Position numbers and translations under genes: made by a program
DNA from: Haloquadratum walsbyi C23
GTDB taxonomy: Archaea > Halobacteriota > Halobacteria > Halobacteriales > Haloferacaceae
Length of the DNA: 32,000 nt
Reading direction: 5' to 3'
Assembly (NCBI RefSeq): GCF_000237865.1
Contig: NC_017459.1
Coordinates: forward strand, 1,500,001-1,532,000
In this document: positions 6,947-16,296 of the stretch, piece by piece
Layout of the letters: the number at the start of each line of letters is the position of its first letter
How positions within the stretch are numbered: position 1 is the stretch's first letter
The notes under the pieces: generated by a model
The model's input: the letters and a program-made list of their open reading frames with translations, nothing else
The model's database searches: none
Told to the model about the DNA's origin: nothing

Positions 6947-9571
6947 TTATGTTTCTTGAGCAGTCATTTCGGTATCTGTGTTCGGCATGACTCGTGAGAG
7001 TCTCATTGCATTTCCAGTGACGGCTGTGGTCATTCCAGCGTCCCCAGCAAGTACGGCAAGCCAAATAGGAACGTATCCAAATGGCACGGCGACTGCGAGC
7101 CCGAGTTTAATAATAAGACTTGACCAGATATTTTGTCGAATGATACTGTTCGCATCATTCGCAAGTGCATAGACATATGGAAGCTTTTGAATCTCATCAC
7201 CCATCAAGGCAATATCAGCTGTTTCTAACGCGGTATCAGTTCCGGCAGCGCCCATTGCAATGCCAACTGTCGCAGTGGCGAGTGCTGGTGCATCATTGAT
7301 TCCATCACCGACCATCCCAACATCATCATACTCATCAACAAAGCGCTCAATTGCAGTCACTTTCTCTTCAGGAAGCAACTCAGCGTGATATGTATCAATA
7401 CCAATCTCACGAGCGATTGTGCGAGCAGTCCGCTCGTTATCTCCCGTCAGCATCACGGTTTGAGAGACTCCAAGTTGTTTGAGCTGTTTGATTGTTTCTT
7501 CTGCTCGTGGGCGGATCCCATCAGCGACGGCAATGACACCTTCAAGTTCAGTTTCAGTTCCGACGAGAACAACGGTTTTTCCTTCTGTCTGAAGTTGGGG
7601 AACAGTCTCCTCGAGAAGATCGATGCAGTCATTCCGGGTGCACATTTGATGAGCGGTCTGTGTGATGTCTCCTCCATCAGTTGTTGCATGAACATGTGAG
7701 AGATCAAACCCTAGTTCCTCAAACAGTCCTGGCTTGCCAGCAAAATGAGGAGTTCCATCGAGGCTTGCCCGTACGCCTTTTCCGGTGATATTCTCGAACT
7801 CCTCAATCTCACGTGTAACTGTCTGTGCACTCCCAGCCTTGGCGACAATTGCCTCGCCGATGGGGTGCTCACTTCGTTGTTCAAGTCCTCGTGCACACCG
7901 GAGGACATCTTCCGTTGAGTTTTGATTCAGCGGGATAATATCAGTAACTGTCAGTTCACCTGTGGTAAGCGTTCCTGTCTTGTCAAAGGCAACGATGTCG
8001 ACAGCTCCCATCGCTTCAAGATGATTCCCACCTTTGATCAGAACGCCGTTTTTTGCAGCACTGGTAATTCCTGATACAACAGACACGGGTGTTGATATAA
8101 CGAATGCACAAGGGCATGCTAACACTAGTAATGTTAATCCATAGACGATGGCTGTGGACCAGCTCGTCGTGAGGATATATGGGCTTGCTATCGTTGTGAG
8201 GATGGCGAAAGCAACAACGACCGGTGTATAATATGATGAAAAGCGTTCGACAAACTGTTCACGCTCGGTCTTATTCGATTGTGCATCCTCGACCATTTCG
8301 ACGATGCGCGAAAGCGTATTATCACTTGCCTTTGAGGTAACCTCAAGTTCAATATATCCCTCTTCATTAATCGTGCCGGCATACACGGTATCTCCTATCG
8401 TTTTATCGACAGGAACGCTTTCACCTGTAATCGGTGCTTGATTGATTGCGCTTTTCCCCTCAATGATCTTCCCGTCCATTGGGATCTTCTCACCTGGCTT
8501 TACGATGACAATATCCCCAACAGTGACTTCATCAAGTGGAACTGTCTCGGTCGTATTGTTTTGTTTAATTATCGCCTCATCTGGTGAGAGATTTATCAAT
8601 TCTCGGAGTGAATCTCGAGTGCGATCGATTGAATATCGCTCTAATAGTTCAGCAATACTGAAGAGAAACGCAAGAGTGGCAGCCTCGAAATAGAGTGCTT
8701 GATCAAATACAAAACTCGCGGTGACCGCTCCCAGGATAGCCATGGACATCAAAAAATCAATATCAAGACTCAGATTGCGTGCCGAATAATATCCGTTGCG
8801 AATGATTTCTTGACCACCAGAAATGACAGCCGCAAGAAAGAGTATGTCAGTGAAAGCTATTCCTGTATCTAATATGGTTGCAATCTCCGCGCTCTGTCCA
8901 GTTACGACAAATTCAAACAGCAACCCAACGCCGACGAACCCACCACTGATCCATGTTTTGAGTGCCCGAGAGCTTGTCCAGATACGCTCACGCTCATCGG
9001 GTGTTTCCTGCTGTGCTGATTCGGTGTGTGAGTGACCTGTCGTCTCGTATCCAGCATCCTCGATTACATCGATGACATCAGCGTCACTGATATTGAAAGA
9101 ATCGTAACTAACGATAACAGTTCCAGTTGTCGGCTGTGTATCATACCCAGTAATGTCGTCAGTATTATCAAGCGCATTCTCAACTTTACTTGCACACGAA
9201 GGACAGTCCATTCCTGGGACTGTGAACTCTGATGTCGTCTCACCTGCATTCTTGACGCTGTATCCTGCCTTTTGAATCTGATTGGCTATCTCATTGAGCG
9301 TAACTTGGTCGGTATCGTATGATACTGTGAGCACTCCTGTTGTTACCTGTGAGTCAATATCTCGAATTGCATCCAATTGTTCGACGCTGGTAATCACCTT
9401 TTGTGCGCAGGACGGACAGTCCATCTCTGGGATTGAAAACTGTGTGACGTCAGTATCAGTCGTCGACTGAGAGACATCATCTGTGTGTTGTGTGTTGTAT
9501 TGAGTAGTCTCAGAAGCATGATCCGGTGGTTCACCAGTATCACCGGTCTGATCTGAGTCAGGCGTATTCAT
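6947..9571 (-). CDS. Heavy-metal-translocating P1B-type ATPase with two N-terminal HMA domains (Zn/Cd/Pb-like signature)
   Basis: 874 aa. It has two MDCPSCAxKV metal-binding domains, CPC in a TM helix (ACPCAFVIS), the phosphorylation site DKTGTLT, SEHPIG and GDGINDAP. The last TM reads LAGDAGMTTAVTGNAMRL (DxG rather than MxxSS) and the preceding TM carries Lys (LIIKLGLA). Confidence 0.95.
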   Translation of the reverse strand: MNTPDSDQTGDTGEPPDHASETTQYNTQHTDDVSQSTTDTDVTQFSIPEMDCPSCAQKVITSVEQLDAIRDIDSQVTTGVLTVSYDTDQVTLNEIANQIQKAGYSVKNAGETTSEFTVPGMDCPSCASKVENALDNTDDITGYDTQPTTGTVIVSYDSFNISDADVIDVIEDAGYETTGHSHTESAQQETPDERERIWTSSRALKTWISGGFVGVGLLFEFVVTGQSAEIATILDTGIAFTDILFLAAVISGGQEIIRNGYYSARNLSLDIDFLMSMAILGAVTASFVFDQALYFEAATLAFLFSIAELLERYSIDRTRDSLRELINLSPDEAIIKQNNTTETVPLDEVTVGDIVIVKPGEKIPMDGKIIEGKSAINQAPITGESVPVDKTIGDTVYAGTINEEGYIELEVTSKASDNTLSRIVEMVEDAQSNKTEREQFVERFSSYYTPVVVAFAILTTIASPYILTTSWSTAIVYGLTLLVLACPCAFVISTPVSVVSGITSAAKNGVLIKGGNHLEAMGAVDIVAFDKTGTLTTGELTVTDIIPLNQNSTEDVLRCARGLEQRSEHPIGEAIVAKAGSAQTVTREIEEFENITGKGVRASLDGTPHFAGKPGLFEELGFDLSHVHATTDGGDITQTAHQMCTRNDCIDLLEETVPQLQTEGKTVVLVGTETELEGVIAVADGIRPRAEETIKQLKQLGVSQTVMLTGDNERTARTIAREIGIDTYHAELLPEEKVTAIERFVDEYDDVGMVGDGINDAPALATATVGIAMGAAGTDTALETADIALMGDEIQKLPYVYALANDANSIIRQNIWSSLIIKLGLAVAVPFGYVPIWLAVLAGDAGMTTAVTGNAMRLSRVMPNTDTEMTAQET

Positions 9572-9900
9572 TGGTATATAGTAATTGCCACATACTTATT
9601 AAATCGACTGCTATGTAAGAGCTATTTTATGATACGTTGCAACAAGAGTATCATGCTGAGTTATTAACATCACAGACACAACCTCATATGACACCGAATG
9701 ACGCATCACCCAACGACACTCGTCCACGGTAATACTAAACTTGGAGATATGTGTTAGTTCATGATCATCAGATCGTGTGACATCGACAGCCCTGCGTCTC
9801 AAAAGATGTCCTGTCAGACGATTCGAAAACAGATGGAGCATTGAAACTGCATGCAAGGATACTTCAATTGGATGAAGCAGTCATAAACTATTACGACAAG

Positions 9901-10227
9901 TTAGTGTGCGTATTCGATTGCGGTTGTTACTGAGGACCCAATAAACTCGTAGAACCGCCCACGAAGGCTATCTGAGTGTTGTGACATTTGTGTTATCACA
10001 ACGACGTGATCGTCTTCGACAGCAAAAATGATATCAAGTGACTGTCCAAAGAATTCACCACGCATGATGAACTTATTATCAGCGTACAGTCCATCGTGAT
10101 TCGGGGATGCCTGTCGACAGATATAGCCAGTGTCCTCTCTCAGTACTTTTTTGAGTTGCGAGCAGGTCAAATATCGCTCAGACTTCTCCGCGGCAGTGTG
10201 CGTGACAACTATTGTATCAAGCGACAT
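9901..10227 (-). CDS. DUF4258-like small protein (putative BrnT-type toxin fold)
   Basis: 108 aa. IVVTHTAAEKSERYLTCSQLKKVLRE...LDIIFAVEDDHVVVITQM fits the DUF4258 pattern (HA..R...R.is..ev..vl ... vvTvy) as I recall it. Confidence 0.5.
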   Translation of the reverse strand: MSLDTIVVTHTAAEKSERYLTCSQLKKVLREDTGYICRQASPNHDGLYADNKFIMRGEFFGQSLDIIFAVEDDHVVVITQMSQHSDSLRGRFYEFIGSSVTTAIEYAH

Positions 10228-10505
10228 GATATATCAATCTTATATATACTCAGAGAGCACATCAGAAAATCATATCTATCGTGACTAAGCCTCCTCTCGG
10301 GAACAGATGGCGGCGGTAATAATCTTCGATAACCCTTCTTGTTAATATTGTTTTATTATTGATACGATTGCATCGGGAGGCACATTTGCTATCCGCATAT
10401 AGTTCTCTCATCACTCGCCAAAACCATCGCCTCGCGATATGGATACAGACCGCATGGGTCGGGGTAAGCGTAGTATTAACCACGCTAGCCCTCATACCGC
10501 ATATA

Positions 10506-10961
10506 ATGTCCGATGAGGATGGTCCGGAATATGATATCGATTTCCGTGCGAATCCGAGTGAGTATGAAATCGGTCGTGGGGAACAAGATGTATTCAAATG
10601 TGAGCCATATAAAGGCGAGTTACTCCCACTCTGGTCAATAAAGACACTGGATTCAGCTGAGGACGGAGCAGAAGCGATTTATAAGAAATTCTGTGAGTAT
10701 CGCGATACGAACGAGTTTCCAGGAATGGACCTCGCTCGTAAGTACCTCCAAATGGGATGGACTCGTGCGATGCGATATGCAAAATACCCTGGTGGACAGA
10801 AATATGAAGATGGTGAAGAACGCGAAGCTCAAGAGTGGTATGATGATGAAAAACGTGAAATTGCATTAGTATACAAGCAATATCTCGATCAGCTTCGAGA
10901 TGATGATACCTATCAACATCGCCGACAGGAATGGAAACAAGAAGAATCAGAGGAATCCTAG
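10506..10961 (+). CDS. DUF4385-like protein
   Basis: From the internal ATG at 10506 it reads MSDEDGPEYDIDFRANPSEYEIGRGEQDVFKCEPYKGELLPLWSIKT...GMDLARKYLQMGWTRAMRYAKYPGGQKY, which matches the conserved core of DUF4385. The 49 codons upstream in ORF 10359.. are non-acidic and hydrophobic, so they are probably not translated. Confidence 0.75.
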   Translation: MSDEDGPEYDIDFRANPSEYEIGRGEQDVFKCEPYKGELLPLWSIKTLDSAEDGAEAIYKKFCEYRDTNEFPGMDLARKYLQMGWTRAMRYAKYPGGQKYEDGEEREAQEWYDDEKREIALVYKQYLDQLRDDDTYQHRRQEWKQEESEES

Positions 10962-11309
10962 CCAGTGGTTTAACCGAATATTTCTATTGGCATGATACTC
11001 CGCGTTGATCTCATATGAGTATGTGCAATCCAATAGTGCATTTCGTGAATTGTACTGATAACATAATATATCTGACTATTATACAGTAAGCTGAGAGATT
11101 GACTTACTACTCAGAGTATCTTGACAGTTGGAACGGCGATTAAATCCGACTATCGCGGTGTTTGTCCCATCCTACGTATCGTTACAGAGGAAATTTCTTT
11201 GAAGCAATGTATTCCTCAGAGAGATAATGTAGTCATGCGTGTTCACAGAATCAGAATACTGCTGAAGGAATGACATAAATGCACGAAAATAAAAGTAAGA
11301 ATACATTCT

Positions 11310-14228
11310 ATGGTGTCGGCGGACTCCGGCGGTACTGATGATAATGATGGGGCTGGTGATGCTGACAATCGAGTGATTCCTGAAGAATTGTTAGTTGTCA
11401 TTAGTATCTGCACACTCATTATTACTGCAATAATTCTTCCACCGGTCGATGGAGGGGTACTCTCAGACCCTCGCTCCGCTGGAGATTTGGAGGATAGTCT
11501 CGATATCAAAACACCAGACGATCTTGCATCCCCTGGGAATCCCGAAAGCACTTCGAGGGAATCCGATTCAGGACAGACAGTCCCACCGACTGCAGACCCC
11601 CAATCACAATCAGAGTCATCGCGAAAGACAGCTCAATCAACTCGGTCAGGATATGGATCTCCAGAGGCGAGCACACTCGATCAGCCACCTGCGTCGATGA
11701 CTATTGGATCAACACAACCTCGTTCGGGAAAAATTTCAAAAATACCAGTATTCACAGTTGAATCTCCTCGGACAGGCTACTGGCGACAGTCAGTATATGC
11801 GACATATACAGGTTCAACGTGGGCTTCTGAAACAGAGTCACAGTCATATACGGGATCGATACCAAACAATGAGCGGACAATCGAACAGCAAAGAACAGAA
11901 TATGAGGTGACCTCACTGCAAGAAACCTCGTCGTTGCCGGTGTTATGGCAACTTGAGAGCGTCAATATTCAGGATAGCTCAACAGAGATGCAGATCTCAA
12001 CGGCAGGGACGCTTCAGACATCTCAATCAGTACCGAGGGGAACAACATATATAGCACAAAGTGCAGCACCGCCTCGTGATCCTGACATACTAACCGACGC
12101 TGGGAACAGGTATCCAAATGAGTTGTCTCGACGGTATACACAGATACCTGAGGACACACCACCACGGGTTACATCATTGACTGAGAATATTACCTCAGAT
12201 GCTGAAACGCCCTATGAGACAGCGACTGTGATCGAGCGATGGTTAGAAGACTCAAAGGCGTATTCATTGAATGCGTCACATGAACGTAGCAGACCAATTG
12301 TTGATGAATTTCTCTTCGAGATGAATCGAGGATATTGTCAGTACTTTGCAACAGCAATGACTGTCATGCTTCGCTCACAAGACATTCCTGCCCGCTATGT
12401 GGTAGGATTTAAAGGCGGCACACAGGTTGCTGAAGATCGCTATCTAATCACGAGCGACACTGGTCACGCATGGGTTGAGGTGTATTTCCCCGATGTTGGA
12501 TGGATTCGGTTTGATCCAACTCCACCCGGGGATCTCCCAATTCAGAATCCACAGCCACCATACAACATTACGCTCAATCGAACAGTGGTCGCAGGTGCGA
12601 CTGTCGATATTTCAGTTGAAAAAAATACCAACCCAGTAACTGGTGCTCCAGTCCGTGTCAACACAGAACGCGTTGGATGGACAGACGCAACTGGAACTAT
12701 CACAACACAATTACCATACGCTAATACTGTCACGGTCAGTGCACGCCCACCAGGTAATCAGGGTAAGTATCTCAACGAGCAGACGGTCGCAACGGTTGAG
12801 GAGATGTCCCTCTCGGCAGTCGGGGAGATCCCTCGACTGAGGGGGTCGTCACGGCAATATAAATTATCAGTGTCGAATGAACCACTCAGATCGACTAACG
12901 ACTCAGGGTGTTCGATCCAAAGTGAAACAGCCCTCAAATGTCAGAGTGAGACAAACGTCTCGGTTGATGTGACCGGCTCAACAGTCCGTGGAAAGTCTGT
13001 AGTGGTTTCGACATCGATTCGTGGAGTCCCAGTTCAGAATGGGACCGTTGCAGTGGACGGAGATATCAGAGGATATACCAACAACTCAGGAGAATTCACC
13101 CTTGTCCTTGATGACGTCACCACCGGAACGCACTCAATCAGCGTGACACGACAAGCAGCATCAGGAACGGCGACAATTCGTGTTCTGAATGCATCATCGG
13201 TGTCGAAGCCGACACAGACACAAGATTCAGCATCAACACTACCCCCAACGTCAATGTCGACGTCGACGCCAGCATCAACACCGGTCACATCATCTCAAGA
13301 TAACACCTCCTCAATAAATATCACTGTCACACCGCAGTTTGGCGTGTTGGTCCCACTAACCAACGCAGGAATTATTATCACGCAGTCGAACACGCCGGTG
13401 TCGAATGCCACCGTAACCCTTTCTGGGTCAGCAGTCGGACAGACTGGTCCGAACGGAACAGTCGATGCAACAATCCCATTGCAGCAATCAGCATCAATAA
13501 CCGTGGTTGGACCGGATAACACGAGGGCACAGCAAACAATCTCAGGACTGTATCGAACCACTGCAGGGATTATTCTTGGTATACTCCTTTTCGCTGTAGC
13601 CGGAATCATGTTCCTCTACCGCAATCGAGACACAATCAGGATAATCATCATACGCATTCACACGACATTGACACAGACTCCGATGCTCGTGACCGATATG
13701 TTTGTCAGACTGACTCTCGGTATTGATCATGTATGGAGTTGGTTCCGACAGCTCTCGATGCAACTCAGAAAATTCATACTCGCACCTCGTGGTCATCTTT
13801 CCTTGGATAGATTGACTGATATGAGACTGCTGAGTCCACGCCAGATTGTCTCTATCGTTTATCAGTGGCTTCGATCACTTATAAGAGCGCTACGAAATCG
13901 GAATCAAGATCAAATGTCACAGAGTGAGGAAGGGATCTCAAGCTCATCTGAATCCGATGTGGAGACAGCGGACGCACAGTCAATCATCCGAAAACTCTGG
14001 TATGTGTTTACACGTGCTGTTGGTCCATCCCGACTGCGTACGAAAACACCGAAAGAAGTAGCGACATACGCTATTGAGCAGGGAGTTCCGTCGAAACCAG
14101 TTACCATTTTAACACAGATTTATCGAAAAGTGGAGTACGGAGTGGAAAGCACAACTGAATCACAATTAGAAAGCGCCCGTGATGCATTCCAGACAATCCA
14201 GAGTGCATTGGGTAAGACAAATAAATGA
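11310..14228 (+). CDS. Membrane-anchored transglutaminase-like (Cys-His-Asp) protein with three beta-sandwich repeats and a DUF4129-like C-terminal domain
   Basis: 972 aa. There is an N-terminal TM (LLVVISICTLIITAIILPPV). The core has NRGYCQYFATAM (Cys343, nt 12336-12338), GHAWVEVYF (His386) and RFDPTP (Asp402). Three G.PV...V...TD..G repeats follow. A second TM (GIILGILLFAVAGIMFLY) precedes a tail with TPKEVATYAIEQG...IYRKVEYG. Confidence 0.9.
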   Translation: MVSADSGGTDDNDGAGDADNRVIPEELLVVISICTLIITAIILPPVDGGVLSDPRSAGDLEDSLDIKTPDDLASPGNPESTSRESDSGQTVPPTADPQSQSESSRKTAQSTRSGYGSPEASTLDQPPASMTIGSTQPRSGKISKIPVFTVESPRTGYWRQSVYATYTGSTWASETESQSYTGSIPNNERTIEQQRTEYEVTSLQETSSLPVLWQLESVNIQDSSTEMQISTAGTLQTSQSVPRGTTYIAQSAAPPRDPDILTDAGNRYPNELSRRYTQIPEDTPPRVTSLTENITSDAETPYETATVIERWLEDSKAYSLNASHERSRPIVDEFLFEMNRGYCQYFATAMTVMLRSQDIPARYVVGFKGGTQVAEDRYLITSDTGHAWVEVYFPDVGWIRFDPTPPGDLPIQNPQPPYNITLNRTVVAGATVDISVEKNTNPVTGAPVRVNTERVGWTDATGTITTQLPYANTVTVSARPPGNQGKYLNEQTVATVEEMSLSAVGEIPRLRGSSRQYKLSVSNEPLRSTNDSGCSIQSETALKCQSETNVSVDVTGSTVRGKSVVVSTSIRGVPVQNGTVAVDGDIRGYTNNSGEFTLVLDDVTTGTHSISVTRQAASGTATIRVLNASSVSKPTQTQDSASTLPPTSMSTSTPASTPVTSSQDNTSSINITVTPQFGVLVPLTNAGIIITQSNTPVSNATVTLSGSAVGQTGPNGTVDATIPLQQSASITVVGPDNTRAQQTISGLYRTTAGIILGILLFAVAGIMFLYRNRDTIRIIIIRIHTTLTQTPMLVTDMFVRLTLGIDHVWSWFRQLSMQLRKFILAPRGHLSLDRLTDMRLLSPRQIVSIVYQWLRSLIRALRNRNQDQMSQSEEGISSSSESDVETADAQSIIRKLWYVFTRAVGPSRLRTKTPKEVATYAIEQGVPSKPVTILTQIYRKVEYGVESTTESQLESARDAFQTIQSALGKTNK

Positions 14229-14944
14229 AACTTTCAGGTCAGCGTATAACCCGATGGATTGCCGCAGTAGTTGCAGTATGTATACTCGTCTCTGCGCTTG
14301 GTGCGACATATACACCCGAACGTCTGCCGGGGACTCTCCGACAGTCACTTCAAATAATGACAAATCAACTGAGCGCACGCGCATTATTATCAGTGACTGG
14401 AATGATTATTGGCATATATGCGTTTATGAGTTTATGGATTCGGCGGGCAACAACCATCGATGACCCATTCCCAGAAGCAGACCCTCATACGGTGACACGA
14501 GATGTCGCTATCGCAGGAAAGCAATTAACCACGAAATTCAACCGACAGCGGAATGAGAACTCGGATGCGACCGACTCAAACACGACGGCACTCAGACCTG
14601 AGCTCAAAGAGTTAATTATCGATTTATACACCCATAAGCTTGAGACAAGAGAGACAGCGCGTAGGTATGTTGAAGCTGGTCAGTGGACAAGTGATCAATA
14701 TGCAGCCGCATTTGTAACGGACTCACCGAGGGTTGATTATCCACTTCGACATCGGCTTTATGCGTGGCTATATCCAGGGGCTGCGTATAATATACGCGTC
14801 CGCCGGACACTCAGCGCAATTGAGTCAAAATATGCGGCATATGACATACAATATGACCCGCCGACGCGCACCAACTCACACACTCATCACCCGGAGAACG
14901 CCTCTTCTTACATCGCTGATTCGCAGTCAGCAGAAAGCGAGTGA
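14225..14944 (+). CDS. Two-TM membrane protein of unknown function (member of the MoxR/DUF58 cluster)
   Basis: 239 aa with TM helices WIAAVVAVCILVSALGA and LLSVTGMIIGIYAFMSLWI. Its ATG overlaps the upstream stop (ATGA at 14225-14228) and its stop overlaps the next start (GTGA at 14941-14944). Confidence 0.7.
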   Translation: MKLSGQRITRWIAAVVAVCILVSALGATYTPERLPGTLRQSLQIMTNQLSARALLSVTGMIIGIYAFMSLWIRRATTIDDPFPEADPHTVTRDVAIAGKQLTTKFNRQRNENSDATDSNTTALRPELKELIIDLYTHKLETRETARRYVEAGQWTSDQYAAAFVTDSPRVDYPLRHRLYAWLYPGAAYNIRVRRTLSAIESKYAAYDIQYDPPTRTNSHTHHPENASSYIADSQSAESE

Positions 14945-16296
14945 TAGTGAATATGAGTATGACTATGATCCAGCAGGTCCATCGACATCGGTATCGAAGT
15001 CTTCTCGCGGTTACAGCCGCTCTCACCGCTTGTGGTATTGGGACTGGCTCACAGACGCTTCTTGTTACAGCAGTTGTGCCACTACTGTTTGTGTTACAGG
15101 ATGCACTCGCGACCAAACCATCACTCACCAATCAACTCTCTGTTGAGCGAAAACTCTCTCCGAAAGCTCCGCTTCCAGGGCAGCCGGTATCGGTGACGCT
15201 CACCATCATGAATACGGGCGATTCGACAATTCCTGATCTCCGGGTTGCTGATGGTGTCCCAACAGAGTTGGGCACTATCGGGGGGGACCCACGTGCAAGT
15301 GCAATCCTCCGAGCAGGACAGAAACTCACAGTAAACTACTCGGTGAACACTAATCGAGGGACATATGAGTTCGACCCAGTCCAAGTTCGTGCGCGAAATA
15401 GAAGTGGAACCATTATGATTGAGTCAAAAATTGCGCCAAGTGGACAGAGCAGTCTTGAATCTCGTGTGAGTGTTGATGATATTCCACTCTCCAACCAAAC
15501 GATGAACATCACTGGTCCAGTTACAACGGAAACCGGAGGCTCTGGGATTGAATTTTATGCAACACGTGAGTATCAAACAGGCGACCCAATCGGGCGCATT
15601 AATTGGAATCAGTACGCGAAGACAGGTCAGCTTTCGACAATTGAGTATCACGAGCAACGGGCAGTCCGAATTGCGATTATCATTGATAGCCGTGTATCCG
15701 CCCATGTAAGCTCACAGCCCTCACTTCCGACGGGCGCAACTCTTTGTGCATACGCTGCAACACTGAGCGTAAGCGTTCTTCTTGATGAGGGACATACTCT
15801 CACAATTGTAGCTCTTGGGACTCCCGACCCAGTTCGGTCAGACCCACCACCGGCACACGCGTCGACTGATGAGGAAACAGCCTTTGGAGCACATGCGGCT
15901 ATGATCTGTAATGCGGCTGCAACAGGAAGCGACGAGATGATGACAAACACTGATACTGACACTGACACATCAGCGGTTGCTGGAGATGGTGGCATCGTCG
16001 ATCAGCACCGGCTGCTATCACGTCTAGATAGCAATGAGCAGGTGTTATTCTGTACTCCTGCACTAGACGATGCAGCCGTTTCAATCGCTCAATCGATCCG
16101 AGCCGATGGGCATGAATTGACAGTTCTCTCTCCACAGATATCGAATAGTGATATTGGTGGACGTATTGCCCATCTCAACCGCACAAATCGGCTATTCAGG
16201 ATACGCAGACTTGGTGGGACGATCGTTGACTGGAAACGCAATGAGACACTTCCAATAGCCCTCTCACGAGCGTTGAGGGATATCAACTCACAATGA
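14941..16296 (+). CDS. DUF58 domain-containing protein (degenerate vWA-like)
   Basis: It has an N-terminal TM hairpin. The DUF58 signature is YATREYQTGDPIGRINWNQYAKTGQLSTIEYHEQRAVRIAIIIDSR. The start is GTG 14941, or an in-frame ATG at 14953, 14959 or 14965. Confidence 0.85.
   Translation: MIVNMSMTMIQQVHRHRYRSLLAVTAALTACGIGTGSQTLLVTAVVPLLFVLQDALATKPSLTNQLSVERKLSPKAPLPGQPVSVTLTIMNTGDSTIPDLRVADGVPTELGTIGGDPRASAILRAGQKLTVNYSVNTNRGTYEFDPVQVRARNRSGTIMIESKIAPSGQSSLESRVSVDDIPLSNQTMNITGPVTTETGGSGIEFYATREYQTGDPIGRINWNQYAKTGQLSTIEYHEQRAVRIAIIIDSRVSAHVSSQPSLPTGATLCAYAATLSVSVLLDEGHTLTIVALGTPDPVRSDPPPAHASTDEETAFGAHAAMICNAAATGSDEMMTNTDTDTDTSAVAGDGGIVDQHRLLSRLDSNEQVLFCTPALDDAAVSIAQSIRADGHELTVLSPQISNSDIGGRIAHLNRTNRLFRIRRLGGTIVDWKRNETLPIALSRALRDINSQ

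Noticed and set aside
9611-9856. The 81-aa minus-strand ORF between the DUF4258-like gene and the P-type ATPase, considered as an antitoxin or metal regulator.
   Set aside because: It is basic and low-complexity, with no HTH or HMA motif and no resemblance to known antitoxin partners. It is probably non-coding.
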